Positions 35,282 through 43,462 of a stretch of DNA of 64,000 nt are shown piece after piece. The notes below the pieces were generated by a model that was not told the origin of the DNA, searched no databases, and was given only the letters and a program-made list of their open reading frames with translations. The translations under genes were made by a program, and so were the position numbers. Each line of letters begins with the position of its first letter. Positions within the stretch are counted from its first letter, which is position 1. Source of the DNA: Actinomycetes bacterium (lineage in GTDB: Bacteria; Actinomycetota; Acidimicrobiia; Acidimicrobiales; CADCSY01); contig JANNOZ010000005.1 of NCBI GenBank assembly GCA_031399525.1, positions 17,056 through 81,055 of the forward strand, in the 5' to 3' direction.

Positions 35282-36362
35282 ACTCGCGGTCGCCGGCCTC
35301 CAACGGCGCTTCCCCGGTCGACCTGTGGTCGTGGCGCTCGACGGTGTCGAGCTGACCGTGGCCGATGGATCGTTCACGACGGTGCTCGGGCCGTCGGGCT
35401 GCGGGAAGACGACGCTGCTGCGGATAATTGCCGGATTCGATCGTCCTGACGCCGGAGGGGTGCGCCTGGGCGGAAGGACTCTGGACGGTCCGGGGGTCCA
35501 TGTGGCCCCTGAGCAGCGCCACGTCGGCATCGTGCCCCAGGACGGCTCGTTGTTCCCCCATCTGAGTGTCGGCGCCAACGTGGCCTTCGGACTCGGCGGG
35601 TGGCGGCAACGTCGGCAAAGCGAGTCCCGGGAGCGCGTGGCCGAGCTGCTCGAGCTGTTGGGCCTGGCCGGCATGGACGACCGTATGCCTCACGAGCTTT
35701 CCGGGGGTCAACAGCAGCGGGTGGCTGTGGCCCGGGCGCTGGCTCCGAGCCCGCCCCTGCTGTTGCTCGACGAGCCGTTCTCGGCTCTCGATGCCGCGCT
35801 GCGTACGACTGTCCGCACCGAGGTGCGCGATGCCTTGCGGGTGTTGGGCACGACCGTGCTGCTCGTGACCCATGATCAAAGCGAAGCGCTGTCGCTGGCT
35901 GATTCGGTCGTGGTCATGAGGTCCGGCCGGGTGGCCCAGCAGGCTGATCCGGCCACGCTCTACCGGTCGCCGGCCGACCTCGAGACGGCCCGATTCGTCG
36001 GCGACGCCAACGTGCTGCCCGGCAAGGTCGACGCCACATCCACGACGGTCGCCTCGGCGCTGGGGAGTCTCCAGGTTGGGACCGGGGCGGGGAGTGTCGG
36101 GGCCGGCGCTGCGGTCTCGGTCCTCATCCGACCCGAACAGGTGCATTTGGAAACAGCGGGGTCCGAAGGCGTCTTGGGCCAGGTCATGGCTGTGCGCTTC
36201 CACGGACATGACACCTTGACCGAGGTCCGCGTTGGTGGCTCGGGCGCCGCCGTCGACCTGTTGGTCCGCCAGGGCACCGGTCCCGACGACCCGGCGCTCG
36301 GTCGGCCCGGCGACCAGGTGTGGGTCACCGTGCACGGACCGGTCACTGTGTTCCCGGACTGA
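35274..36362 (+). CDS. ABC transporter ATP-binding protein (FbpC/PotA type)
   Basis: Walker A GPSGCGKTT, signature LSGGQQQRVA, Walker B LLLLDEP, and a C-terminal TOBE-like tail. 8-nt overlap with the permease. Confidence 0.85.
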   Translation: MAELAVAGLQRRFPGRPVVVALDGVELTVADGSFTTVLGPSGCGKTTLLRIIAGFDRPDAGGVRLGGRTLDGPGVHVAPEQRHVGIVPQDGSLFPHLSVGANVAFGLGGWRQRRQSESRERVAELLELLGLAGMDDRMPHELSGGQQQRVAVARALAPSPPLLLLDEPFSALDAALRTTVRTEVRDALRVLGTTVLLVTHDQSEALSLADSVVVMRSGRVAQQADPATLYRSPADLETARFVGDANVLPGKVDATSTTVASALGSLQVGTGAGSVGAGAAVSVLIRPEQVHLETAGSEGVLGQVMAVRFHGHDTLTEVRVGGSGAAVDLLVRQGTGPDDPALGRPGDQVWVTVHGPVTVFPD

Positions 36363-36400
36363 GCGGGGGCGCGGTTCGAAGGGCCGGCGCAACCGCTCAG
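36359..36400. terminator. hairpin between the convergent ABC ATPase gene and sodC
   Basis: CTGAGCGG ... CCGCTCAG outer 8-bp stem enclosing GC-rich partial pairing. Confidence 0.4.
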
Positions 36401-36418
36401 TCCGACTCGATCAGCGGG

Positions 36419-37039
36419 TCACCGTGCGTCGATGACGCCGCAGCCGATGCGGTCGCCGGCGTTGCCGGTGTTCTGGGTCTTGGTCGTGGCGTCGGGCGAG
36501 TTGGCCGTGTACTGATCGGCGGCCGAACCCGTGGGGACGTTGCCGAAGTTGTCGGGCTGGGCGTGGAAGATCACGGCCTTGCCGGCCAGGTCGGCCAGCC
36601 GGACCCGGTCGATGGTGAAGCGGGCTTCGGCCGTGCCGTCGGGGTTGACGTAGACGCTGGCCAAGTCGCCCGTATGGGCGGCGTGGGTTTGGGCGCCGTC
36701 CTTCCAGTGGCCATCGGCCGAGACGAACCAGGTGTTCGCGGCCGAGGCCGGGTCGGCGATGCACCCAGATCCGTTGGCCGGGTTGTCGTTGGCGTGGATG
36801 TGGAAGCCGTGAAAGGCGTCCAGGGCGGTGCTCGCCGGCATGTTGGTCAGCTCCAGCTTCACCTCGGTGTGGGACCCGGCCCCCTTGAAGGTGACCTTGC
36901 CCATCTCGGTGCCGTCGGCGGCCACCAAGGTGGCCCTGGCCTTGCGGTCATGGGCGGTGGCCAGCGTGGTCGTCGTCACCGTGATCCCCGCCAGCACCCC
37001 GAATAGGCCGATAGCGGCCCACATCCTGCGTCGTCTCAT
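36419..37039 (-). CDS. sodC: Cu/Zn superoxide dismutase (secreted)
   Basis: Signal peptide MRRRRMWAAIGLFGVLAG. Motifs GFHIHANDNP, HAAHTGDL, GNAGDRIGCGVI. GGAGGGA SD. ATG at 37039. Confidence 0.85.
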   Translation of the reverse strand: MRRRRMWAAIGLFGVLAGITVTTTTLATAHDRKARATLVAADGTEMGKVTFKGAGSHTEVKLELTNMPASTALDAFHGFHIHANDNPANGSGCIADPASAANTWFVSADGHWKDGAQTHAAHTGDLASVYVNPDGTAEARFTIDRVRLADLAGKAVIFHAQPDNFGNVPTGSAADQYTANSPDATTKTQNTGNAGDRIGCGVIDAR

Positions 37040-37096
37040 GTCGAGTTCCCTCCGGTTGATGCTGACGCAGGGTTGCGTCGAGCTGTCCTCAGTTCT

Positions 37097-37162
37097 GTCG
37101 CGCCGACGGTCAGGATCGGTTCGGATGGGCGCCCGTGAACCGATCGGTGGGTTCGGCGCGAC
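37097..37162. promoter_or_regulatory. 66-bp nested perfect palindrome in the sodC/ECF-sigma divergent intergenic region
   Basis: Outer arms GTCGCGCCGA (37097..37106) / TCGGCGCGAC (37153..37162). Inner arms GATCGGTTC (37114..37122) / GAACCGATC (37137..37145). Symmetric 7x7-nt spacers. The centre contains GGGCGCCC. Ends 9 nt before the sigma GTG. Confidence 0.7.
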
Positions 37163-37171
37163 AGTGAGCAT

Positions 37172-37696
37172 GTGACCGAGGTGGGCGATGTCGAGCTGTT
37201 GGCCCTGGTGGCCGACGGCGACCGGGCCGCCCTGCGCCGGCTGTACGAACGCCACTCGCCGTGGCTGGTCGCCCGGCTCGATCATCGGTGCTCCGACCGC
37301 CAGGTGGTGGCCGAGGTGGTCCAGGACACATTCGTGGCCGTGTGGAGAAGCGCCAAGCGCTACGACGGTCGAGGGGAGGTGGCCGCCTGGATATGGGGCA
37401 TCGGCATCCGCCAGTTGATCGGCCACCTGCGCAAGCGCCACCCCGAACCGATGCTGGTAGTCGACGCCCACGGCGCCGAGGTCTCCGCCGAAGAGCGGGT
37501 TCTGGCTGGTGTCGACCACGGGCCGTTGGCGGGCGCCCTCAACGGCCTCTCTCCGGAGCTGCGGGCTGTGGTCCAGGCCACCGTGCTCGATGGGTTGACC
37601 ACCCGCGAGGCGTCCCGACTGCTCGGCATCCCCCAAGGAACGGTCAAGACCCGCATGGCCCGAGCCCGGGTCGAGCTGCGAGGAGCACTGGCATGA
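37172..37696 (+). CDS. ECF-family RNA polymerase sigma factor
   Basis: Region 2 (DTFVAVWRSAKRYD) and region 4 HTH (TREASRLLGIPQGTVKTRMARAR). GTG at 37172. Confidence 0.85.
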   Translation: MTEVGDVELLALVADGDRAALRRLYERHSPWLVARLDHRCSDRQVVAEVVQDTFVAVWRSAKRYDGRGEVAAWIWGIGIRQLIGHLRKRHPEPMLVVDAHGAEVSAEERVLAGVDHGPLAGALNGLSPELRAVVQATVLDGLTTREASRLLGIPQGTVKTRMARARVELRGALA

Positions 37697-38604
37697 GCAA
37701 CCCGATTCCGCCGCCGAGTTCGAGTTGGCACGCTCCACCCGAACTGATGGCCCGCTACCTCGGTCGAACGGCCGACCCGGCCACCATCGCCTCGATCGAA
37801 GCCCACCTGTTCGAGTGCGCCGAGTGCCGAGCTGCGCTGGCCGCGTCAGCTGCAGGTGGAGCGTCCGAAACTGCGACCGTCGCCGACCCGACCTGGGCCG
37901 CCATCGTCGACGCTCTTGACCAGCCTCGACGGGGCTATGTCGAGCGGGCCACGGCAGCCCTCGGCGTGCCCGCCCATCTGGCCCGGCTGGTGGCGGCGAC
38001 CCCCGCCCTGCGCTGGTCGTGGCTGGTGGCCATCGCTGTGGTGTCGGCTTTCGTGGCCCTGGTCTCCGAGACAACCAGCGGCGCCGGACCCGAGGTGACC
38101 TTCTTGGTCCTGGCCCCGCTGGTGCCCCTCGCCGGCATCGCCGTCGCGTACGGACCCGGCGCCGATCCGCTCTCGGAGATCGCCGCCGCCGCCCCCTTCC
38201 CGGCCTTTCGCCTCTTCTGTCTCCGGGCCGGTGCCGTCCTGGTCACGTCGGTGACGCTCCTTGCCCTGGCCGCACCATTCATCGATTCGGGCCTCCTGGC
38301 GGCCGCCTGGGTACTGCCCGCTCTGGCCGTCGTGTCGGTGGCCATGGCCCTGTCCACGTGGCTCCCCGCGCCGATCGCCGCCGCTGCGGCCGCCCTGGGC
38401 TGGCTGGTGACGGTGGCCACGGTCACCGGGGCTGCGCTGCGCATGACGTCGACCTCCCGCCTCGACGCCGTGCTCGCCACCTTCGCTCCCCCGGGCCAAC
38501 TCGTCGCCCTCGTCGCCCTACTCGTTGCCCTGTTCGTGCTCGTACGTCGGGCCCCCGGCCTCGAGCTGGCACCGTCCACCAACTTCTCGGAGGTATCGCT
38601 ATGA
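37693..38604 (+). CDS. zinc-binding (ZAS-type) anti-sigma factor with polytopic membrane domain
   Basis: H-x3-C-x2-C motif HLFECAEC, then ~6 hydrophobic helices. ATGA overlap with the sigma gene. Confidence 0.7.
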   Translation: MSNPIPPPSSSWHAPPELMARYLGRTADPATIASIEAHLFECAECRAALAASAAGGASETATVADPTWAAIVDALDQPRRGYVERATAALGVPAHLARLVAATPALRWSWLVAIAVVSAFVALVSETTSGAGPEVTFLVLAPLVPLAGIAVAYGPGADPLSEIAAAAPFPAFRLFCLRAGAVLVTSVTLLALAAPFIDSGLLAAAWVLPALAVVSVAMALSTWLPAPIAAAAAALGWLVTVATVTGAALRMTSTSRLDAVLATFAPPGQLVALVALLVALFVLVRRAPGLELAPSTNFSEVSL

Positions 38605-39482
38605 CCTCAATCGCCGTCTCGGTTTCAGGACTGCACAAGCGCTACGGGCGCACAGTTGCTCTCGACGGCGTCGACCTCGACCTGGGGCCTGGTGTCACGG
38701 GTCTGCTCGGTCCGAACGGGGCGGGTAAGACCACGTTCCTGCGCATGGTGGCGACAGTCCTGGCCCCAGATGCCGGCACCATCCGCCTGCTTGGCGAGGA
38801 CCCGTCGACCGCGGCCGGCCGCCACGCCATCCGCACTCGGCTCGGCTACTGCCCCCAGGAGCCGGGCTTCTACCCGGGCTTCACCACCTTCGACTTCGTC
38901 GACTACGTGGCCATCCTCAAGGAGATGACCGACCGGCGGGCCCGCCACGACGAGGTCCGCCGGGTACTTGGCCTGGTCGGCCTCGACGAGGTCTCGGGCA
39001 AGAAGATCCGCTCGCTGTCGGGGGGTATGCGCCGACGGGTAGCAGTGGCCCAGTCCCTGCTCGGTTCGCCCGACCTGCTGGTGCTCGACGAGCCCACCGC
39101 CGGCCTCGATCCCGAACAGCGCCTGCGTTTCCGCGAGATCCTCAGCCGTCGCGACCCGGACCAGGCCGTGGTCCTGTCGACCCATCAGACCGAGGACGTG
39201 GCCGCCCTGTGCCAGCGGGTGGTCGTGCTGCACGGGGCCAAGGTCCACTTCGACGGCACCACGGCGTCGCTGGCCGCGGTGGCTCACGACCGGGTCTGGC
39301 GGGCCGGCGGCCCTGACCCGGCCGCCCGAGTCAGCTGGATCGACGCCACCGGCCAGTACCGCCACGTGGGCGACCCGCCGGCCGGAGCCGACTTGGTCGA
39401 GCCCACCATCGAGGACGGCTACCTGCTCCTGGTCGGTGCCGCGGCCCACGCTTCGGGCGTTCCCGAGGCAGAAGTGGCCTGA
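38601..39482 (+). CDS. ABC transporter ATP-binding protein (ABC-2/DrrA-like) with ~90-aa C-terminal extension
   Basis: Walker A GPNGAGKTT, signature LSGGMRRRVA, Walker B LLVLDEPTAGLD. ATGA overlap with the anti-sigma gene. Confidence 0.85.
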   Translation: MTSIAVSVSGLHKRYGRTVALDGVDLDLGPGVTGLLGPNGAGKTTFLRMVATVLAPDAGTIRLLGEDPSTAAGRHAIRTRLGYCPQEPGFYPGFTTFDFVDYVAILKEMTDRRARHDEVRRVLGLVGLDEVSGKKIRSLSGGMRRRVAVAQSLLGSPDLLVLDEPTAGLDPEQRLRFREILSRRDPDQAVVLSTHQTEDVAALCQRVVVLHGAKVHFDGTTASLAAVAHDRVWRAGGPDPAARVSWIDATGQYRHVGDPPAGADLVEPTIEDGYLLLVGAAAHASGVPEAEVA

Positions 39483-39483
39483 G

Positions 39484-41118
39484 ATGTTCCACTCCCGCCA
39501 GTTGGCCGGATGGCCCGACGACCGGGCCGTGGTCCTGTCGACGGTGGCCCCGCTGGGCCGGCGCGAGGCCTGGGCCCTGGCCCGGCACCCGGCCTTCCTC
39601 ATCGGGCTGATCGTGCTCCCTGGCCTGATCGGATTGATGGTTGGCGGTGACCCTTCCAATGAGGCCAGTCCGATCATCGACGACCGGGAGGTGGCCCTGG
39701 TCCCAGTGCTCACCGCCTGGGCCGCCGTCGTGGCCAGCGGCATGGCCGTGCTGCGCAGCCGCCGCTACCGCACCGAGGAGCTCTGGGCCACCCTGCCCAC
39801 GACTCCCATCACCCGCACCAGCGCGCATCTCGCGGCCACCTTGGTCGGGCTCCCGGCCGGGTTGGCCGTACTGGCGTTCACGCTGGCGCTGACTTGGTCC
39901 CAGGGTAAGACCGGCTCGCCGCTGTGGGCCGACGTGTTGGTGGCGCCGCTGATCGTCATGGGGGCTGGCGTGGTCGGGGTGGTCGTGGCCCGGTGGTTGC
40001 CCCGCGCCGTATTTCTCTACGCCGCCACGCTGGCTGTCACCGCGCTGCAAACGAACTTTTGGTACGGCGACGACCGCTGGCGCTGGCTCCACTTCTCGAC
40101 CTACGGCAACGACCCGCCGGTTGCCTACGACGCCCTGTACGGCCGGGTCGAGTGGCACCTGGTGTACGTGGTTGGGCTGATCGTCCTCGCCGGCCTCTTG
40201 GCTCTGGTCCGCCACGGCTGGTCGAGGGCCGCCACGGGTGTCGCCGTCGTCGCCGCGGTCCTCGTGGTGCCCGCAGCCTGGATTCAGACCAGGCCCTACG
40301 CCGAGGCCGACGTGGCCCGCATCCTTGGCCGGTTGGAGGAACCCGAGTCCTACCAGGTGTGTCGAACCGACGGTGGCGTCATGTACTGCGCCAACCCCCG
40401 AGAGGTGGCGACCATCGACAGCTGGTCCAGACCCGTCTCCGGTGTGGTCGAGCGGGTTCCGGCCCAAGCCGTGCCCGCCGGCTTGGAGGTCCGCCAGCGA
40501 CCGAGCATCGAGCTGCTCGACCAGGCCATCCCCGACGGCGTACGCCAGCCGCTCGAGGCCGACCCGACCCGGGTCTGGATCGACGACGGCCATGTGCATC
40601 CATCCGGGTGGGTAGACGCCTCGTACTCGGGCGAGCTGCGGCTGGCCTACCAGGCGGCCAGCGCCGTTGTCGGCCTGCCCGTGACCTGGACGGCCGGCAC
40701 CGAGCAGTGCCTGGCCTCGGGGCAGGCCCGCAGCGTGGTTGCCCTGTGGCTGGCCGGCTCGGCCACCGCCGGGAGTGAGGCCAGCTTGCGAAACCTGGCC
40801 GCTGAGTTTGCTGGCACCGGTGAGCCCGTCCACCTGGACGACACCGACATCGAGGGCACCTCACTCGTGCTCGAGCACGGCTCGGTGCTGGACCCCGCCG
40901 ACCTAGCTGCCGCAGTGCGGTTGGTGGACCTCGATTTGGAAGCCACCCAGGTGCGGGCCCTATTGACCCAGCACTGGGACGAGGTGCTCGACCCGACCAC
41001 GCCGACCTACAAGGTCCTGACCTGGGCGGGGGCACGATCGGGGGGCCTGGAGGCCCACCTCGGCCCCGACGCCGGCCGGCCGGAGTGCCCGGCGACCCGA
41101 GAGGCCGAGGTGGCTTGA
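39484..41118 (+). CDS. polytopic membrane protein, paralogue 1 (~7 TM plus ~270-aa Cys-containing C-terminal domain)
   Basis: Starts 1 nt after the ATPase stop. Paralogous to 41118..42821 through blocks LRSRRYRTEEL, RWLHFS, ASAVVGLPVTWTAG and HWDEVLDP. Confidence 0.6.
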   Translation: MFHSRQLAGWPDDRAVVLSTVAPLGRREAWALARHPAFLIGLIVLPGLIGLMVGGDPSNEASPIIDDREVALVPVLTAWAAVVASGMAVLRSRRYRTEELWATLPTTPITRTSAHLAATLVGLPAGLAVLAFTLALTWSQGKTGSPLWADVLVAPLIVMGAGVVGVVVARWLPRAVFLYAATLAVTALQTNFWYGDDRWRWLHFSTYGNDPPVAYDALYGRVEWHLVYVVGLIVLAGLLALVRHGWSRAATGVAVVAAVLVVPAAWIQTRPYAEADVARILGRLEEPESYQVCRTDGGVMYCANPREVATIDSWSRPVSGVVERVPAQAVPAGLEVRQRPSIELLDQAIPDGVRQPLEADPTRVWIDDGHVHPSGWVDASYSGELRLAYQAASAVVGLPVTWTAGTEQCLASGQARSVVALWLAGSATAGSEASLRNLAAEFAGTGEPVHLDDTDIEGTSLVLEHGSVLDPADLAAAVRLVDLDLEATQVRALLTQHWDEVLDPTTPTYKVLTWAGARSGGLEAHLGPDAGRPECPATREAEVA

Positions 41119-42821
41119 TGGAGATCGCTGTCCTCCTCGTAGTGGCGGGCATCGTCGTCCTGGTCCAGCGGCGTCGGCGTCGCTGGTCGGCCGGGATCGA
41201 GGCTGGGGGAGGGGCGTCGTCGTGGCGGCCCTCGGGCGGCTCGGGGTGGCCAGTCGACACCGCCGTTCGGAGCCGCACCGCCCTCTCCCTGGCCCGCCGC
41301 GAGGCTCGGTTGCTGCTGGCCCATCCCGCCTTCGTCATTGGAGCGCTCGTGCTCACGGCGCTGTTCCTGCTCGTGCTGGCCCGGTTCGAGGCCGACGGCT
41401 ACGAGCCCATAGCCGGGGACACCACGCCCCAGCTCATGTGCGTGCTGGCCGCCTGGGGCGCCATCGTGGCCGCCAACCTGGCGACTTTGCGCAGCCGCAG
41501 GTACCGCACCGACGAGTTGTTCGCCTCGCTCCCGTCCACTCCTTCCACCCGCACCTCCGGGCACCTGGTGGCCTGTCTCGCCGGCCTGCCGGTGGGCGTA
41601 ATCGTGCTGGGCGCCACCGTGATGGCAGGCCGGTCCCGCGGATACACCGGGTGGCCGCTGTGGCTCGACGTGGCCATCGGGCCGCTGTTGGTGGTGGGGG
41701 GCGGGGTGGTCGGCGTGCTGGTGGCCCGGTGGCTGCCCTGGTCGGGTTTGGCTTATGCCGCTGTGGTGGCCACCATGGTTCTACAGGCCAATATCTGGCA
41801 CCAAGACGACATCGGCCGCTGGCTGCACTTCTCCCGCCATACCTCCTACTCGGCTCCGGCGTACCTCGACCACTTCGCCGGACGGCTGGGGTGGCACGTG
41901 GTCTACGTGGTCGGGCTCATCGCCCTGGGAGCGCTGCTGGCACTGGTGCGCGACGGCTGGTCCCGGGCCACCGGCGCCCTTGGGGTGACGGCTGCCGTGC
42001 TGCTGGTGCCCTCGGTGCTGGCTCAAGTCCAGCCCTATTCCGACGCCGACGTCGCTCGCATCGTGGCCCGCCTCGACACTCCCGAAGCCCACCAGACCTG
42101 CGTCGAGAAGGCCGGGGTGACCTACTGCGCCTACCGCAACGCGGCTGGCTACGCCGACAGCTGGGAGGGTCCGGTCTCGGCCGTGCTGGCCAATGTCCCC
42201 GCCTCGGCCCGACCGACCGGACTGGTGGTGCGCCTGCAACCCACCGAGGAGTTGCTCGACAACACCCTGCTCGACGGCGTCCGGGACTGGATCGAGGCCG
42301 ACCCGGCCCGGGTGTGGCACGACGACGGCGAGGTCCATGTCAGCGGTGGAGTGGGCGACGACCCGGGCGTGGCTTTCCGGTTGGCGTATCGCACGGCCTC
42401 GGCGGTGGTCGGACTCCCTGTGTCCTGGACCGCCGGCGTCGACCAGTGCGTCGCCGCGGGTCAGGCCCGCAGCGTGGCCACCCTGTGGCTGGCCGCCATG
42501 GCTGCGCCGTCGGGCACCGAGAGCCTTAGCCAGCTCTTCGACGATGGCGCCGGTCGCCGGCTGGTGACCCTCGACTACGCCGACACCGACGGTGCCTGGA
42601 TCGTTCACGAGCAGGGCACCGTTGTCGACCCAGCCGACGTCGAGGGTGCCGTGCGCCTCCTCGGCCGGCCGATGGCCGAGGTACGGAACGTCCTGGCCGA
42701 GCACTGGGACGAGGTCGTCGATCCGGGCACTCCGGCGGCAGCCCTGCTGGCCTGGGCCCGCGCGGACGGCACCGGACTGGGCGAGCCCGTGGGCGGGGCC
42801 CCGACGTGTCCGACCCGGTGA
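41118..42821 (+). CDS. polytopic membrane protein, paralogue 2
   Basis: TGATG junction with paralogue 1. Same architecture, with the four C-domain Cys conserved. Confidence 0.6.
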   Translation: MEIAVLLVVAGIVVLVQRRRRRWSAGIEAGGGASSWRPSGGSGWPVDTAVRSRTALSLARREARLLLAHPAFVIGALVLTALFLLVLARFEADGYEPIAGDTTPQLMCVLAAWGAIVAANLATLRSRRYRTDELFASLPSTPSTRTSGHLVACLAGLPVGVIVLGATVMAGRSRGYTGWPLWLDVAIGPLLVVGGGVVGVLVARWLPWSGLAYAAVVATMVLQANIWHQDDIGRWLHFSRHTSYSAPAYLDHFAGRLGWHVVYVVGLIALGALLALVRDGWSRATGALGVTAAVLLVPSVLAQVQPYSDADVARIVARLDTPEAHQTCVEKAGVTYCAYRNAAGYADSWEGPVSAVLANVPASARPTGLVVRLQPTEELLDNTLLDGVRDWIEADPARVWHDDGEVHVSGGVGDDPGVAFRLAYRTASAVVGLPVSWTAGVDQCVAAGQARSVATLWLAAMAAPSGTESLSQLFDDGAGRRLVTLDYADTDGAWIVHEQGTVVDPADVEGAVRLLGRPMAEVRNVLAEHWDEVVDPGTPAAALLAWARADGTGLGEPVGGAPTCPTR

Positions 42822-43414
42822 CGGCGATGGTGAGTCCGAGCCGGTCCGGCCAGGTGGCACTGGTCCGGGCCCAGGTGCGGGCGGCCCTTCGGGTCTCAGG
42901 TGTGGTGCGGGTGCCGATGGTCGCGGCAGTGATGGTGGTTGTGGCTCGGGTGACCAAGAACCCCGCCCCGGTCGACCTGATCCTGATCACCGTGGCGGTG
43001 GCTTCGGCGGCCGGGGGAATGTTCGCCGACCCAGCCGGCGTCTTGTTGGCGTGTTCGCCCACCGGTGTCCGGGCCCGCCGCCTGGTGCGCCTCGGTGTAC
43101 ACGTCGTCGCCGTCGTGGTGACCTGGTCGCTGGCGGCTGCCCTCGCCCTCCCGGCCGGCCGGGGGTGGGACCCGGCATCCGCCGACGTGGTCGTGCTGGC
43201 CACCTTCGTGGCCGTGGTGGTGGCCGTGGCCGCCTGGATCCCGTCCGACGGCCATCTCTTGGCTGCACCGGTGTTGTTGGTCCTGGCCGGACTGCCCTTC
43301 ATCTGGCCCCGGCTCGGCTTCTACCCGGTCGACGCCAACGAGTGGCGCTGGCTCGTGTTCGGCGTGGCCGCCCTCGCCGGGGCCTGGCGACTCTCGCCGG
43401 ACCCACCCGGCTGA
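42806..43414 (+). CDS. small polytopic membrane protein (last gene of the sigma/ABC operon)
   Basis: 4-5 hydrophobic helices. GTG at 42806 (16-nt overlap) or ATG at 42827. Confidence 0.5.
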   Translation: MSDPVTAMVSPSRSGQVALVRAQVRAALRVSGVVRVPMVAAVMVVVARVTKNPAPVDLILITVAVASAAGGMFADPAGVLLACSPTGVRARRLVRLGVHVVAVVVTWSLAAALALPAGRGWDPASADVVVLATFVAVVVAVAAWIPSDGHLLAAPVLLVLAGLPFIWPRLGFYPVDANEWRWLVFGVAALAGAWRLSPDPPG

Positions 43415-43462
43415 CGGCTGCCGGAGAGGGTGGCTCGGCGGCCTCCGCCTACCATCGCCCTC

